Shown here piece by piece: positions 17,807 through 27,360 of a stretch of 64,000 nucleotides of DNA (the stretch's first letter is position 1; the number at the start of each line of letters is the position of its first letter). Source of the stretch: Candidatus Woesebacteria bacterium (GTDB lineage: Bacteria; Patescibacteriota; Microgenomatia; UBA8517); the NCBI GenBank assembly GCA_013374855.1, contig CP055308.1, positions 337,833 to 401,832 on the forward strand, given 5' to 3'. The translations under genes were made by a program, and so were the position numbers. The notes below the pieces were generated by a model. That model made no database searches. It saw nothing but the letters and a program-made list of their open reading frames with translations, and was not told where the DNA came from.

Positions 17807-18115
17807 TCACTTTCTTGAAGAAGCAGGTTGATTTCCTTCAAGTATTCTTGCAACAACCTTCCCTATTTCTTGGGGAGTGTACCCTGCTTCAAGCATTCTT
17901 CTTGCAACCTCTTCTGCTCTTTGTTGAAGAGTGGGTTTCGGTTTCCCCTTTTTCCCTTTATTGCCCTCAATTGGTGGCTCGCCACTGATCATGTTCGCAG
18001 CGTCAATTCCAGCTTGGACTATTTCCTCTTTCTCTCCGAGGACAGCGGCAATTACAGCCCCTCTAAATTGAGGTAAATGACCCGCCCTTCGATCTATTTC
18101 TAATCTTATACTCAT
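17807..18115 (-). CDS. Hypothetical small Lys-rich protein, possibly with a helix-hairpin-helix. Its reality is uncertain.
   Basis: A 102-aa ORF lies in the dnaK-clpB spacer. It is slightly GC-richer than its neighbours, has no clear SD, and no confident family assignment. Confidence 0.3.
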   Translation of the reverse strand: MSIRLEIDRRAGHLPQFRGAVIAAVLGEKEEIVQAGIDAANMISGEPPIEGNKGKKGKPKPTLQQRAEEVARRMLEAGYTPQEIGKVVARILEGNQPASSRK

Positions 18116-18181
18116 CTTGGTTCTATTGTCGTATTATAGTTTTTTTGTTTTTAATTTCAACTATCTGTCAGATGTCAATTT

Positions 18182-18210
18182 GTACCTTTAAGGGAGCCTC
18201 CCTTAAAGGT
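18182..18210. promoter_or_regulatory. Perfect 14-bp inverted repeat with a 1-nt spacer (TACCTTTAAGGGAG c CTCCCTTAAAGGTA). It may be an operator or a bidirectional hairpin.
   Basis: The palindrome was read directly from the sequence. It lies immediately upstream of the CIRCE element of clpB and about 70 nt upstream of the minus-strand small ORF. Confidence 0.5.
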
Positions 18211-18216
18211 ATCATA

Positions 18217-18243
18217 TTTAGCAGTCAACTTGACCAAGTGCTA
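18217..18243 (+). promoter_or_regulatory. CIRCE (HrcA operator) TTAGCAGTC-N9-AAGTGCTAA upstream of clpB-dnaJ, embedding a TTGACC -35-like hexamer.
   Basis: Each half matches the consensus TTAGCACTC-N9-GAGTGCTAA at 8 of 9 positions. It lies about 45 nt upstream of the clpB start. Confidence 0.65.
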
Positions 18244-18286
18244 AATGTGATGTAATATCAGTTTTGTATTAGAATAAATAAAGTCT

Positions 18287-20437
18287 ATGGATGAGAGTTT
18301 GCAAAATCTGTTTAAAGCTCCTGATCCAAAGGAGGCGTTGGAGAAATACACTCTGAATCTGACAGAGGAGGCTCGTCGTGGCAAACTTGACCCTGTTATT
18401 GGCCGCGATGCTGAAATAAGAAGAGTGATGCAAATTTTATCGCGGAGGATAAAAAACAATCCTGTTTTGATAGGTGACCCGGGTGTTGGAAAAACAGCAA
18501 TTGTGGAAGGGTTGGCTTTAAGAATTGCAGCAGGCGAGGTCCCGGAGACTTTAAGGGGAAGAGAGCTTTTAGTCTTGGATTTTGCACTTCTTGTTGCGGG
18601 CACAAAGTTCAGAGGCGAATTTGAGGAAAGATTAAAGGCGGTTATCAAAGGAATTGAGGAAGGAGAAGGAAAGTATATTGTTTTTATTGATGAGCTTCAT
18701 ATATTGGTTGGTGGTGGACAGGCAGAAGGTGCCGTTGATGCGGCAAATATTTTAAAGCCTTCTCTTGCGCGGGGGACATTGCGCTTGATTGGCGCAACAA
18801 CAATTGAGGAATATAGAAAATATGTTGAAAAAGATGCGGCACTTGCCCGGCGTTTTCAGACAGTCTTGGTTGAAGAGCCTACAGTTGAAGACACAATTGC
18901 AATTTTACGGGGAATTAAAGATAAATACGAACTTCACCATGGAATAAGAATAACAGATGATGCGTTAATTGCTGCCGCTACCCTTTCGGATCGTTATATC
19001 ACTAACAGATTTCTACCGGATAAGGCGATAGATTTGATGGATGAGGCAGCGGCCTCAATAAGAATAGAAACAGAAAGTATGCCCTCCGAGCTTGATCTAA
19101 TGAAGCGTGAGTTGACGCGACTTGAGATAGAAAAAACTGCGCTAAAAAGGGAAAAGACAAGAGAAACACAAGAAAAACTCTCCTTTATTGAGGAGAAAAT
19201 TAGGAAGTTAAAAGAAGATATCAGCTTGTTTGAGGAAAGGTGGAGGAAGCAGAAGGAAATAATTGAAAAAATAAGGGCAACTCGTCTTGAAGTTGATAGG
19301 TTGAGGCTTGAGCTTGAGAAGGCTGAAAGAGAGGTTAATTTGGAGAAGGCGGCAGAGATTAAGTATGGGAAACTCCCTGTTCTTGAGGAAAAGCTAAAAG
19401 AGTTGCAGAAGGATTGGGATTTGATTCCTGAAAGCGAGCGAGTATTGCGCGAGGAAGTTGGTGAGGAGGATATAGCAAGGGTTGTCTCCAAAGCCACAGG
19501 TATTCCGGTGGGCAGGCTTCTTTCGGGAGAAAACGAGAAGCTAAAGAATCTTGAAGAAAGGTTGAAAGAAAGGGTTATCGGACAAGACGAAGCACTACGG
19601 CTTGTTGCAAATGCAATAAGAAGGTCACGCCTTAATTTAAGAGAGGGTAAGCGCCCTATTGGATCGTTTCTTTTTCTTGGGCCAACGGGTGTTGGTAAAA
19701 CTGAGACAGCTCGTGCTTTGGCTGATGCTGTATTTGACAGTGAGGATGCGATTGTAAGAATTGACATGAGTGAGTACCAAGAAGCGCATACTGTATCTCG
19801 CCTTGTGGGAGCGCCACCCGGGTATGTTGGGTTTGAAGAAGGCGGGCAGTTGACAGAAGCTGTAAAAAGACACCCCTATTCTTTAGTTCTCTTTGATGAA
19901 GTGGAAAAGGCTCATCCGCAAATTTTTAATATATTTTTGCAAATATTGGATGATGGGAGGTTAACCGATGGTAAGGGGGTAACTGTTGATTTTAAAAATA
20001 CGATTATCATAATGACTTCGAACTTGGGTAGCGAGCTTATTAGCCAGTCTTCTGTTAAAAGATGGGATGAAACGAAAAAACAAGTAGAAGCTCTTCTTTT
20101 GAAGTTTTTCCGGCCGGAGTTTTTGAATAGGATTGATCAGGTTGTTGTTTTTAAGCCTTTGGATAGAAGTATTATGGAGAAGATTGCTCAAAAAGAGCTT
20201 GGCAAGATAGGAGAAATACTCTCTAAGCGAGGGATTGATCTTGTTTATGGAAACGAGGCAATTTCCTATTTTGCCAATAAGGGTTATGACCCAGTTTTTG
20301 GGGCGCGCCCATTGAAACGGCTTTTGGAGGAAGAGATTTTGAATGAGGTGGCGATGTTTGAGATAGAAGGTAAACTCAAGAAAGGGAGTCAGTTAAAGCT
20401 TGTGGTAAAAGATGACAAGATATCTATCGTATTATGA
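18287..20437 (+). CDS. clpB: AAA+ disaggregase ClpB, a form lacking the N-terminal domain.
   Basis: The product has two AAA modules ([15 protein letters not shown]; [15 protein letters not shown]) and a middle coiled-coil M-domain. It is 716 aa and begins directly at the NBD1 linker. Confidence 0.9.
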   Translation: MDESLQNLFKAPDPKEALEKYTLNLTEEARRGKLDPVIGRDAEIRRVMQILSRRIKNNPVLIGDPGVGKTAIVEGLALRIAAGEVPETLRGRELLVLDFALLVAGTKFRGEFEERLKAVIKGIEEGEGKYIVFIDELHILVGGGQAEGAVDAANILKPSLARGTLRLIGATTIEEYRKYVEKDAALARRFQTVLVEEPTVEDTIAILRGIKDKYELHHGIRITDDALIAAATLSDRYITNRFLPDKAIDLMDEAAASIRIETESMPSELDLMKRELTRLEIEKTALKREKTRETQEKLSFIEEKIRKLKEDISLFEERWRKQKEIIEKIRATRLEVDRLRLELEKAEREVNLEKAAEIKYGKLPVLEEKLKELQKDWDLIPESERVLREEVGEEDIARVVSKATGIPVGRLLSGENEKLKNLEERLKERVIGQDEALRLVANAIRRSRLNLREGKRPIGSFLFLGPTGVGKTETARALADAVFDSEDAIVRIDMSEYQEAHTVSRLVGAPPGYVGFEEGGQLTEAVKRHPYSLVLFDEVEKAHPQIFNIFLQILDDGRLTDGKGVTVDFKNTIIIMTSNLGSELISQSSVKRWDETKKQVEALLLKFFRPEFLNRIDQVVVFKPLDRSIMEKIAQKELGKIGEILSKRGIDLVYGNEAISYFANKGYDPVFGARPLKRLLEEEILNEVAMFEIEGKLKKGSQLKLVVKDDKISIVL

Positions 20438-21297
20438 ATGAAAAATCTGATTATTATGATATCTTAGGAGTTGGCAGAAATGCCTCGGCAGAGGAGATAA
20501 AAAAAGCTTATCGGAGGCTTGCTTTGGAATGGCATCCAGACAGACATAAAGATGATAAAGAGGTTGCTGAAAAGAAATTCAAGGAAATAAACGAGGCTTA
20601 TCAAGTCTTATCAGATCCTGAAAAGAGGGCAGCTTACGATCAGTTTGGTCATTCTGCTTTCTCACCGGGTGGGGCTGGGTTTTCTGGTTCCCCTTTTTCT
20701 CAATCCGGCCGCTGGGGTCCCTTTACTTATACTTATACTACCTCTGGCGGCTCTCCCTTTGAAGGTTTTGATTTTGGTGATCCATTTGATATTTTTGAAC
20801 AGTTTTTTGGGGGATCGCCTTTTGCAAGAACAAGAAGAGTTCCTCGCTATTCTATTACCCTTGATTTTATGGAAGCAGTTGAGGGTTGCGAGAAGGAAAT
20901 TGTAGTTGAAGGGAAAAAAAGGAGGGTAAAAATTCCAGCTGGTATTGATGAAGGATCACGCATTAATTTTGGCGACTTTATGCTTTCTGTGAATATCCGT
21001 CCACACCCAATTTTCGAGCGTGACGGAGCGGATGTTTATGTAAGAGTGAATATTCCCTACTCCTTGGCTGTTTTAGGTGGCGAAGTTGAGGTTCCAACCT
21101 TGGATGGGAGTGTTAAAGTGAGGGTAAGGGAAGGTACTAAGGCAGGCACACTGATGCGTCTTCGTGGCAGGGGCGTTAAGAGGTTGCGCGGTGCTGGTAG
21201 GGGCGATTTTTATGTAAAGTTTGATATTCTGGTGCCAGATAAGATAAAAGGTAATCAAAAGGCAGCGGTTCAGGCACTTAGAAAAGTAGGGCTTTAA
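20434..21297 (+). CDS. dnaJ: DnaJ-like co-chaperone (J domain, G/F region and C-terminal substrate domains) with no CxxCxGxG zinc finger; CbpA/type II-like.
   Basis: The product reads [32 protein letters not shown] and has a G/F-rich stretch. No Cys-rich Zn-finger repeats are present. Its start overlaps the clpB stop (ATGA). Confidence 0.8.
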   Translation: MNEKSDYYDILGVGRNASAEEIKKAYRRLALEWHPDRHKDDKEVAEKKFKEINEAYQVLSDPEKRAAYDQFGHSAFSPGGAGFSGSPFSQSGRWGPFTYTYTTSGGSPFEGFDFGDPFDIFEQFFGGSPFARTRRVPRYSITLDFMEAVEGCEKEIVVEGKKRRVKIPAGIDEGSRINFGDFMLSVNIRPHPIFERDGADVYVRVNIPYSLAVLGGEVEVPTLDGSVKVRVREGTKAGTLMRLRGRGVKRLRGAGRGDFYVKFDILVPDKIKGNQKAAVQALRKVGL

Positions 21298-22571
21298 ATT
21301 GCAAGAGCAATAGAGATTACCAAGAGCAGAATACTTATTCCGGTTCCTATTATGGTTGGGGTTGAACTACCAGCTTCAGGTAGTGATTCTTCCTTTACAA
21401 TTTGTTGTGGTGTAGAAGTAGGAGTTAATGTTTGTGTGATTGCTGTCCTTTCTGTTGGTTGAGGAGTTGGTGCATTAGTGGGTTGATTTGTATAGGTTGG
21501 TCCTAAGGTAGGTGTACTTGTAGGAGTAACTGTGGGAGATGCCGTTGGACTAGGACTTGGACTAGGAGTTGGGGTGAAGAGTAACTCACAAGTTAGTCCG
21601 GTCTGACAAAATCCATCTGGGCCTACATCAAGGCAAGCTCGTCTTGGCAGGCCTTCGCATGGATCTTTTGGAGGTCGTGGGCGTTTTGGAGGTTTTGTAG
21701 GTTGAGGCATTGGTGGAATTGTTGGTTCCGGTACCTCTGTGGGTGTAACCGTAGCGGTGGGTGTAGGCGTTGGGGGAAGTGTGGAAATGGGAGTCTCTGT
21801 GGGTGGCACTGGTGGTTCACAGTTTAGAACTCCAATATGTAGTCTTGTTTGATAAGAACCGCAGGCTTTTCCGCTTGTTGACTGGCTTGTGACAGTGATG
21901 GATTTTGATTCGTTGTGTCCCAATTCAAATGTCTCTCCCTTTGGCGGGTTGTTTGGATCGGGCTCGTCACATACTGGGTAGCCTTCAATAAATTCGCCAC
22001 AAGGGCTGTCGGGGCAGTAGTTTGATTCTGTAATTGTTCTTATTTCTGCCTTTTCATTCTCAAATCCCGGTTTGGCCTCGATAGTGATTGTCCATGTTGA
22101 GGAGTAGGAGGTTATGTTGTTTGTTTGTATTCCGTTGGGAGTACATTGCAATATTTGAGGACATTGAGTCTTTTCCTCCTCGCTGATGTAGACTTTGAAT
22201 TTTGCACAGTCTAGGACTTTGATAACATCCTCTGGTGGAATGAACGCTTTTTCTCTTATTTCTTGTCGTCTTTGGCTTAAGAATACTCCTGCTCCGATTC
22301 CCCCTGCCACTATCAGTAAGATTAAAATTGTGGCGATTATTTTCTTTCTGTACCTTGCCTTACTAGGTGGTTTTATGATGTTAGGCGCGAATGAGGAGGC
22401 AGAGGAGCCTGCGTTGGCCTTAGAAAAACCACTGCTACTTTTGCTACCTGTGTTGTGGGCTGGTATTACTTGTTGTTTTTCTTCCGGAGGCGGAGGAGGT
22501 GGTGGTATATCTGCCGTATCGGCAAAGAATGGGGTGTTATTATTGCTGTTCTCTTGGAGACTTGTTGCCAT
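21294..22571 (-). CDS. Surface protein with a long Pro-rich cytoplasmic tail, the [15 protein letters not shown]-module, Cys-containing beta domains, a PT-rich linker and the sorting signal [10 protein letters not shown] followed by a TM.
   Basis: The 425-aa product has an N-terminal region [35 protein letters not shown] paralogous to the 5198..6394 protein. Its C-terminus reads ...[31 protein letters not shown]. Confidence 0.7.
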   Translation of the reverse strand: MATSLQENSNNNTPFFADTADIPPPPPPPEEKQQVIPAHNTGSKSSSGFSKANAGSSASSFAPNIIKPPSKARYRKKIIATILILLIVAGGIGAGVFLSQRRQEIREKAFIPPEDVIKVLDCAKFKVYISEEEKTQCPQILQCTPNGIQTNNITSYSSTWTITIEAKPGFENEKAEIRTITESNYCPDSPCGEFIEGYPVCDEPDPNNPPKGETFELGHNESKSITVTSQSTSGKACGSYQTRLHIGVLNCEPPVPPTETPISTLPPTPTPTATVTPTEVPEPTIPPMPQPTKPPKRPRPPKDPCEGLPRRACLDVGPDGFCQTGLTCELLFTPTPSPSPSPTASPTVTPTSTPTLGPTYTNQPTNAPTPQPTERTAITQTLTPTSTPQQIVKEESLPEAGSSTPTIIGTGISILLLVISIALAI

Positions 22572-22664
22572 ATCTTAATAATGAAGCATATCTTCTTTAG
22601 CGTCAAGTTTATGGTCTTGACAGTAACTTGGTAAGCTAGGAGAATTGAAAGTAGTAGGTCCGGA

Positions 22665-25600
22665 ATGAAAAAAATAGTTTTATTTTTGTTCTCTTTTGTT
22701 TTTCTTTTTTCTGCTAGTAGTGTTTTGGCAAGGAGTGTTTCTGTGTTTTCTCTGGAGCCAAGAATAGGTTCCTCTGCTGTTAGACAACCTGTTTCTTTCA
22801 AGGCTCGATACTTTTTTGATGGTGGAGTAAACAATATTTCCGAGCTTGGCATATGGTTTGATGTTACACAACCACTTGTGGGAAGGGTTAATTCTTCTGC
22901 CCATGGTCTTGTAAGAAATCAATCTGGTTCTTGGAGGTATTATGGTACAAGGTATAACGGTGGTGGTGACACCTGTGGGGGGAAATACCTCCAGCCTCGC
23001 CAGTGTTATCGTAATTATGTATGGGACATTGGTGGTTTTGATATTGGTTCCGGCAGTTGGATATATTTTAATCACGACGAGGAAATGCGTGATACGAAGG
23101 ACAAAACTCTAAATACGATAGGTGCCTATAGAGTTAAGTCAGTCAAGGTTATCGATGGTAATACAATGGAGGTCGAGTGGGAGTTTTATTTTGATTCCTT
23201 CTTTAAGGAAAGAGAGCTTGACGCCTATCTTGCTATTAGAACCGGTGACAACATCTCTTTGTCAACAGTCAATCCTCCCTTTTGGCATGCTGCTGGTAGA
23301 TGGAGGGTGAATAAAGGCGGAGGACAAATTTTGTTTGGTGATGACTTCGAATCAGGGTCCTTTTCTGGATGGAGAACTACCAAAAATCCTGGAGGGCAAG
23401 GAGAAGGCAGGGTCACCGCCTTCACGGATATGCATTATCTGGGTAGGCGTTCAGCTTTGTTGGATAATATTGCTTTTGAGAAAGATCTTGGTAACAATGT
23501 TCAAGGCAAACTATCACTTTGGTTTTATGACGATGGAGCATCTAACAATCCGTTTTACCTTGCGATTTCTACTCTTCCTGTTGAAAGGTGGAACGATAGG
23601 GGTGTTCATACGATAGCGGTTGGTTTTAATCCTACCTACTCCCCGCAAAATTATATTTATCGTGCAAGGATAGACAATTTGAATGGGGAGAATCTAGGTG
23701 CAGATTTGGAGTACCAGATGTTTGATACAAAAATAAAAAGAACTGTAGGTTGGCATAAGGTTGTTTTCTGGATTACCGATGTTGGTGCATGGGCGGAGAT
23801 AGATGATTTTGAGAGGGAAATTTTTCCTCATAACTTAATAACTCTTAAGGCGGAGGCAGACAGGACGAAAAACAAGAGAAGATCTCCTTGGGATTGGGAG
23901 ATGACAAGCTTTAGGTATATTAGGCTTCAAGCAGATAGGGGTAAACTGGTTGTAGATAATGTGGTTTTGGAGACTTTGCCACCGATGCCCGATATAAATA
24001 CCTCAGAAGGACTCCAAGACTATATGCTCCACGGGCTTAATAATTACATTGATGCGTATGAGCAGGTTCCTATGTGGGAGAATTTGGACAAGTGGTATAG
24101 CAATGATAATACTAAAGGTACGAGGTATGGTTGGTGGTTTGTCTCAATAAATAATTTAGCCCACGCCCTGTACTTTCGCTGCCGTTTTCTCGATTTACCC
24201 TTTGATTGCAACCAAGCAAATAGAATAGTGTCTTTTTGGTTTGAACATTACGACCGATGGAATCCCACAGCTGAGACACATGCATTTTTATCCTCTCTTC
24301 ACCTTGCCTCTTTTGCTAATAGTGGTTGGGAACATATGACACCTCATCTTCGAGCAGATCTTTACAAGAAAGCTATGTTTTCTTTTTACAATCCTATGCC
24401 GTCAAGCTATGACATTAATAAATCGCATCATATTGGTGACTCTACGGGGGAAGATTATCCATGGGGGCCAACAGCAGGACTTGCTCTTGCCTCTATCCTT
24501 TTTTCAGATCATCCCCACTCTCAGAGATGGCTGGATTTTAGTCGTATGGCGGCTATGAAAACTTTTTCTTACAACAAGGATGAACCCTGTAGTGTCTGTC
24601 CAGGAGGGAAGGTGGGTACGAAGACAATCTATGCCCCCGGTGAACAATTGAAAGATTGCGATCAAGATCCTGATAGGAGGAGTCGTTATGAATCCCAGGA
24701 TTGCCTTTGCCGAGGAGATAGAGCGATATTGCCGGCCAACCATGACCCGGGATACTATTTTGATAACCACAGTCTTCATCCCAATCCTGATTATGCTCTT
24801 GGTTCCCTTTCTGGTCTTACAGCTACTATTCGGTATTTTAAGTTACTTGGCAAAACTCCTCCCATTGAATACTACCACAATATCAAGGAAATTTGGGAGG
24901 TTCATAGGAAGTTTATTGACTTTAGGAGTAATCTTTATAACGGTAAGGAGATATATGCAATAAGAGAAAAAACTTTTTGTGACGGAGGTGTAAATGGTTC
25001 TGAGGATGTCTATTGGCCAGATAGAGGGCCAGATGTTAACCAAATTGGGAATCCTTTTAGAAATGGTTTTAGTGACTGGGGCAAATACCCTGGACTTGGC
25101 TTGAATTTTATAGAGAGCGTTGAATATGCTTTGGGTGCAGACGCTATTAACTACCAAGGCTTTAACCTTAAGGAAAGGCTTTCCAAAAATGCTTATTATA
25201 AGTATTTTGACACGATGGATTATCCTGTTAGCCTGCCTGCTAATTTTTCCGAAACTGGTCTTAATTGTCATTATGCTGCTCCTTTCTGCAATTACTCGCA
25301 ATACGAAGGAGGGATAGGTTATGACGTATTCAGGTTTAATAGGAATGACACGACCATACACCTTTTCAATACTTTCCGCTTTCATTCCTCCCTTCCCCTC
25401 AAAGTCTGTGAAGATAATATATTCAATGAAAAGGTCTGGACTTCTGGTGGTGGCATAAATTGGAATTGTGACAGCAATGTTAAAAAGGTTGGTAATACTT
25501 CTATTGTTATAAATTCTGATAACCCTGTTGATGCAGAGCTTTATTCTCCTTTGATTGAAGTTACGCCAAACAAGGAGTACTCTGTTTCATATTGGGTTAA

Positions 25601-26063
25601 AACACAAAATCTTCAGCCATCTGATTCAAAGGTATATGGAAGGATTATAGTAGCTCAGTATAAAGATGGAGTAAGGGAAATAGATGATGTATCAACTGAC
25701 AAAAGGATAGATACTGGATTTTCTCTAGGAGAGAATGTTTCAGGAACAACTGACTGGATTAAGAAAAGCTATACTTTCAAGACAACAGGTCAAACAAAAT
25801 ACATAAGGTTAAGAGCACCACTTGGTCTTCAAGGAAAAGCAAAAGGCAAAGTGTATTTTGATGACATAGTTGTAAAAGCCAAAGATACAACATCAGACTT
25901 AAACAACGATGGCAAAGTAGATATTTTTGACTACAACATACTAATCTCAAACTTTGGAAAAACAGGCTCTCCTGGATGGATACCAGCAGATATTAACAAA
26001 GATGGCAAAGTGGATATCTTTGACTATAATATTCTTGTAGGGGAGTTTGGAATTTTAGGGTAG
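22665..26063 (+). CDS. Large secreted modular enzyme-like protein: signal peptide, LamG/ConA-like jellyroll, alpha/alpha-toroid (possibly heparinase II/III or alginate-lyase-like) domain, CBM4_9-like module and type-I dockerin.
   Basis: The 1132-aa product starts with the signal peptide MKKIVLFLFSFVFLFSASSVLA|RS. It has an FGDDFESGSFSGWRTT jellyroll signature and a CBM4_9-like segment NIFNEKVWTSGGG...KVYFDDIVV. Its C-terminus carries the duplicated dockerin DLNNDGKVDIFDYNILISNFG...ADINKDGKVDIFDYNILVGEFG. The catalytic family is not resolved. Confidence 0.75.
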   Translation: MKKIVLFLFSFVFLFSASSVLARSVSVFSLEPRIGSSAVRQPVSFKARYFFDGGVNNISELGIWFDVTQPLVGRVNSSAHGLVRNQSGSWRYYGTRYNGGGDTCGGKYLQPRQCYRNYVWDIGGFDIGSGSWIYFNHDEEMRDTKDKTLNTIGAYRVKSVKVIDGNTMEVEWEFYFDSFFKERELDAYLAIRTGDNISLSTVNPPFWHAAGRWRVNKGGGQILFGDDFESGSFSGWRTTKNPGGQGEGRVTAFTDMHYLGRRSALLDNIAFEKDLGNNVQGKLSLWFYDDGASNNPFYLAISTLPVERWNDRGVHTIAVGFNPTYSPQNYIYRARIDNLNGENLGADLEYQMFDTKIKRTVGWHKVVFWITDVGAWAEIDDFEREIFPHNLITLKAEADRTKNKRRSPWDWEMTSFRYIRLQADRGKLVVDNVVLETLPPMPDINTSEGLQDYMLHGLNNYIDAYEQVPMWENLDKWYSNDNTKGTRYGWWFVSINNLAHALYFRCRFLDLPFDCNQANRIVSFWFEHYDRWNPTAETHAFLSSLHLASFANSGWEHMTPHLRADLYKKAMFSFYNPMPSSYDINKSHHIGDSTGEDYPWGPTAGLALASILFSDHPHSQRWLDFSRMAAMKTFSYNKDEPCSVCPGGKVGTKTIYAPGEQLKDCDQDPDRRSRYESQDCLCRGDRAILPANHDPGYYFDNHSLHPNPDYALGSLSGLTATIRYFKLLGKTPPIEYYHNIKEIWEVHRKFIDFRSNLYNGKEIYAIREKTFCDGGVNGSEDVYWPDRGPDVNQIGNPFRNGFSDWGKYPGLGLNFIESVEYALGADAINYQGFNLKERLSKNAYYKYFDTMDYPVSLPANFSETGLNCHYAAPFCNYSQYEGGIGYDVFRFNRNDTTIHLFNTFRFHSSLPLKVCEDNIFNEKVWTSGGGINWNCDSNVKKVGNTSIVINSDNPVDAELYSPLIEVTPNKEYSVSYWVKTQNLQPSDSKVYGRIIVAQYKDGVREIDDVSTDKRIDTGFSLGENVSGTTDWIKKSYTFKTTGQTKYIRLRAPLGLQGKAKGKVYFDDIVVKAKDTTSDLNNDGKVDIFDYNILISNFGKTGSPGWIPADINKDGKVDIFDYNILVGEFGILG
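25393..26052 (+). repeat. Copy 1 of a 660-bp perfect direct repeat (the partner copy is at 46898..47557), encoding the CBM4_9-like plus dockerin cassette.
   Basis: A line-by-line nucleotide comparison over the whole length is identical. The copies are offset by 21505 bp and both are in-frame C-terminal gene segments. Confidence 0.85.
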
Positions 26064-26181
26064 GCTCTTTTATTACTTGACAAGAAAGAAGTGATTAATG
26101 AAAATAAGAGTAATAGAACCAAAATTGGAAAAAAGGGATTGTTTTAACTAGAGTGTCATAGTGATATAAAGGTTAAGTAAT

Positions 26182-27237
26182 ATGTCATTTAAAACAAAAA
26201 GAAAGTTAAGTTTTGATATCCTTGGCAAGAATAAGATTGTTTCTCTTCTTTCTGTAATGCTTCTTGTTCTTGGTCTTGGAGCAGGTATTTTTGCTTTAAA
26301 CAGAAGTCTTGAGATGAGAGTTGGTGCAGGAGGGGGTTCTTTAAAACTTCTTTCTTCTTCAAATATCCCCACACAATCAGGCAGCGAATTTACCGTAGAT
26401 GTTTATTTGGATACAGGGGGTATGCAGGTAACAGCTGCTGACATTAAGGTAAGGTACGACAAAAACTTACTGGAAGGAAAAAGTATAACAAACACTGGTT
26501 TTCTGCCTACAAACCTTGTCAATGGAAATGTAGACAACAACAATGGAATAGCCTCTATAGTAATCGGATCAGAACCAACAAATCCCAAATCAGGTAATGC
26601 TGTTATTGCAAAGATGGTATTAAGACTAAAATCCAATCTTCCCCAATCAGGAACAACTATTTCTCTGGATAGATCAAGCGCTGTTGCTGCTATTGGAATG
26701 GAAGGGAATATAATTTCAACTTACACTGACCTTCTGGTAGCCCCCCCAACCCCTACGCAGGTACCTGCACCCACTTCGTCACCTCGTCCTACTAGCCTAC
26801 CTACCTCAACACCTGTTACACCGGGCCCCACTTCTATTCCATTTAATCCGGTCATAGAGGAAACTGTTCTTGATAAGTTCTTCCTGACTCTTAAAGGATC
26901 TGGTCTTGCTAGTCAAAATGGTGAGAGTGTGACGGTCAAGGTGAGGTATTTGGTTCAAGAGATGCCTAACAAGAAGCTCCTGGATCTTATTAGACCAAAA
27001 ACTTCCTGGAAAGAGCACACAGGTACTTACCCTGTTGTCTCTGAGGCTGGAAAGCAGGTTATTCGCATACCGGCAGATAACGTTCCTGGAATAACATTAA
27101 GAAGTGGTTGGGTAAATGTTTACATAAATGGAAAACAAGCAAAAATTATTTGGGGAGGTGGTGGTTGGGAAAACCCTCCAATGCCACAACCAAAGCCTCC
27201 AAAGAGGCCTTGGTGGAAATTGAGATGGTGGAACTAG
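26182..27237 (+). CDS. Membrane-anchored cohesin-like domain protein with a variant N-module TM-LNRSLEMRVGAGGG, a PT-rich linker and a C-terminal domain.
   Basis: The 351-aa product contains SGSEFTVDVYLDTGGMQVTAADIKVRYDKNLLEG...GNAVIAKMVLRLKS, matching the cohesin type-I pattern (YD..LE, GxxxIAxxxxK). The domain lies at about 26359..26737. The C-terminus ends PPMPQPKPPKRPWWKLRWWN. Confidence 0.6.
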   Translation: MSFKTKRKLSFDILGKNKIVSLLSVMLLVLGLGAGIFALNRSLEMRVGAGGGSLKLLSSSNIPTQSGSEFTVDVYLDTGGMQVTAADIKVRYDKNLLEGKSITNTGFLPTNLVNGNVDNNNGIASIVIGSEPTNPKSGNAVIAKMVLRLKSNLPQSGTTISLDRSSAVAAIGMEGNIISTYTDLLVAPPTPTQVPAPTSSPRPTSLPTSTPVTPGPTSIPFNPVIEETVLDKFFLTLKGSGLASQNGESVTVKVRYLVQEMPNKKLLDLIRPKTSWKEHTGTYPVVSEAGKQVIRIPADNVPGITLRSGWVNVYINGKQAKIIWGGGGWENPPMPQPKPPKRPWWKLRWWN

Positions 27238-27301
27238 AGTAAAGCTGCAGGTTTAGTCTAGGCATCTTTTTGCTTACCTTTGGTTATTGGTTAACCTCTT
27301 G

Positions 27302-27330
27302 TTGACTGTCTCTTTAACTACAGGTAAAAT
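27302..27330 (+). promoter_or_regulatory. Sigma-70-like promoter TTGACT-N17-TAAAAT upstream of nusA-infB.
   Basis: The hexamers and spacing were read from the sequence. It lies about 30 nt upstream of the nusA ATG. Confidence 0.45.
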
Positions 27331-27360
27331 TAGGTGGTCTTTTAAGGGTTACCTTATATT

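Noticed and set aside
17807-18115. Possible SpoVS-like similarity of the small minus-strand ORF (the pattern RGAVIAAVLGEKEEIVQAGIDAAN versus SpoVS AGALAGVLRERGAAEIQAIGAGALN).
   Set aside because: The resemblance is limited to a ~30-aa Gly/Ala-rich stretch and the C-terminal half is unrelated. It is kept only as a low-confidence hypothetical CDS.
18994-19767. A 257-aa Ser-rich ORF on the minus strand.
   Set aside because: It is fully antisense to the strongly conserved clpB coding region. Its low-complexity S/L-rich translation is typical of antisense frames of AT-rich genes.
22195-22578. A 127-aa plus-strand ORF with a GGGGGG run.
   Set aside because: It is antisense to the N-terminal poly-Pro tail coding region of the 21294..22571 surface-protein gene, and the GGG run is the complement of the PPPPPPP codons.
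22617-22646. A TTGACA -35-like hexamer in the divergent region upstream of the 22665 gene.
   Set aside because: No acceptable -10 hexamer was found at 16-18 nt spacing (the best candidate is GAGAAT), so it is not reported as a promoter.
25393-26052. The 660-bp perfect repeat pair considered as an insertion sequence or other mobile element.
   Set aside because: Both copies are in-frame C-terminal coding segments (CBM plus dockerin) with no terminal inverted repeats, transposase or target-site duplications. They are better explained as a gene-conversion or module cassette.
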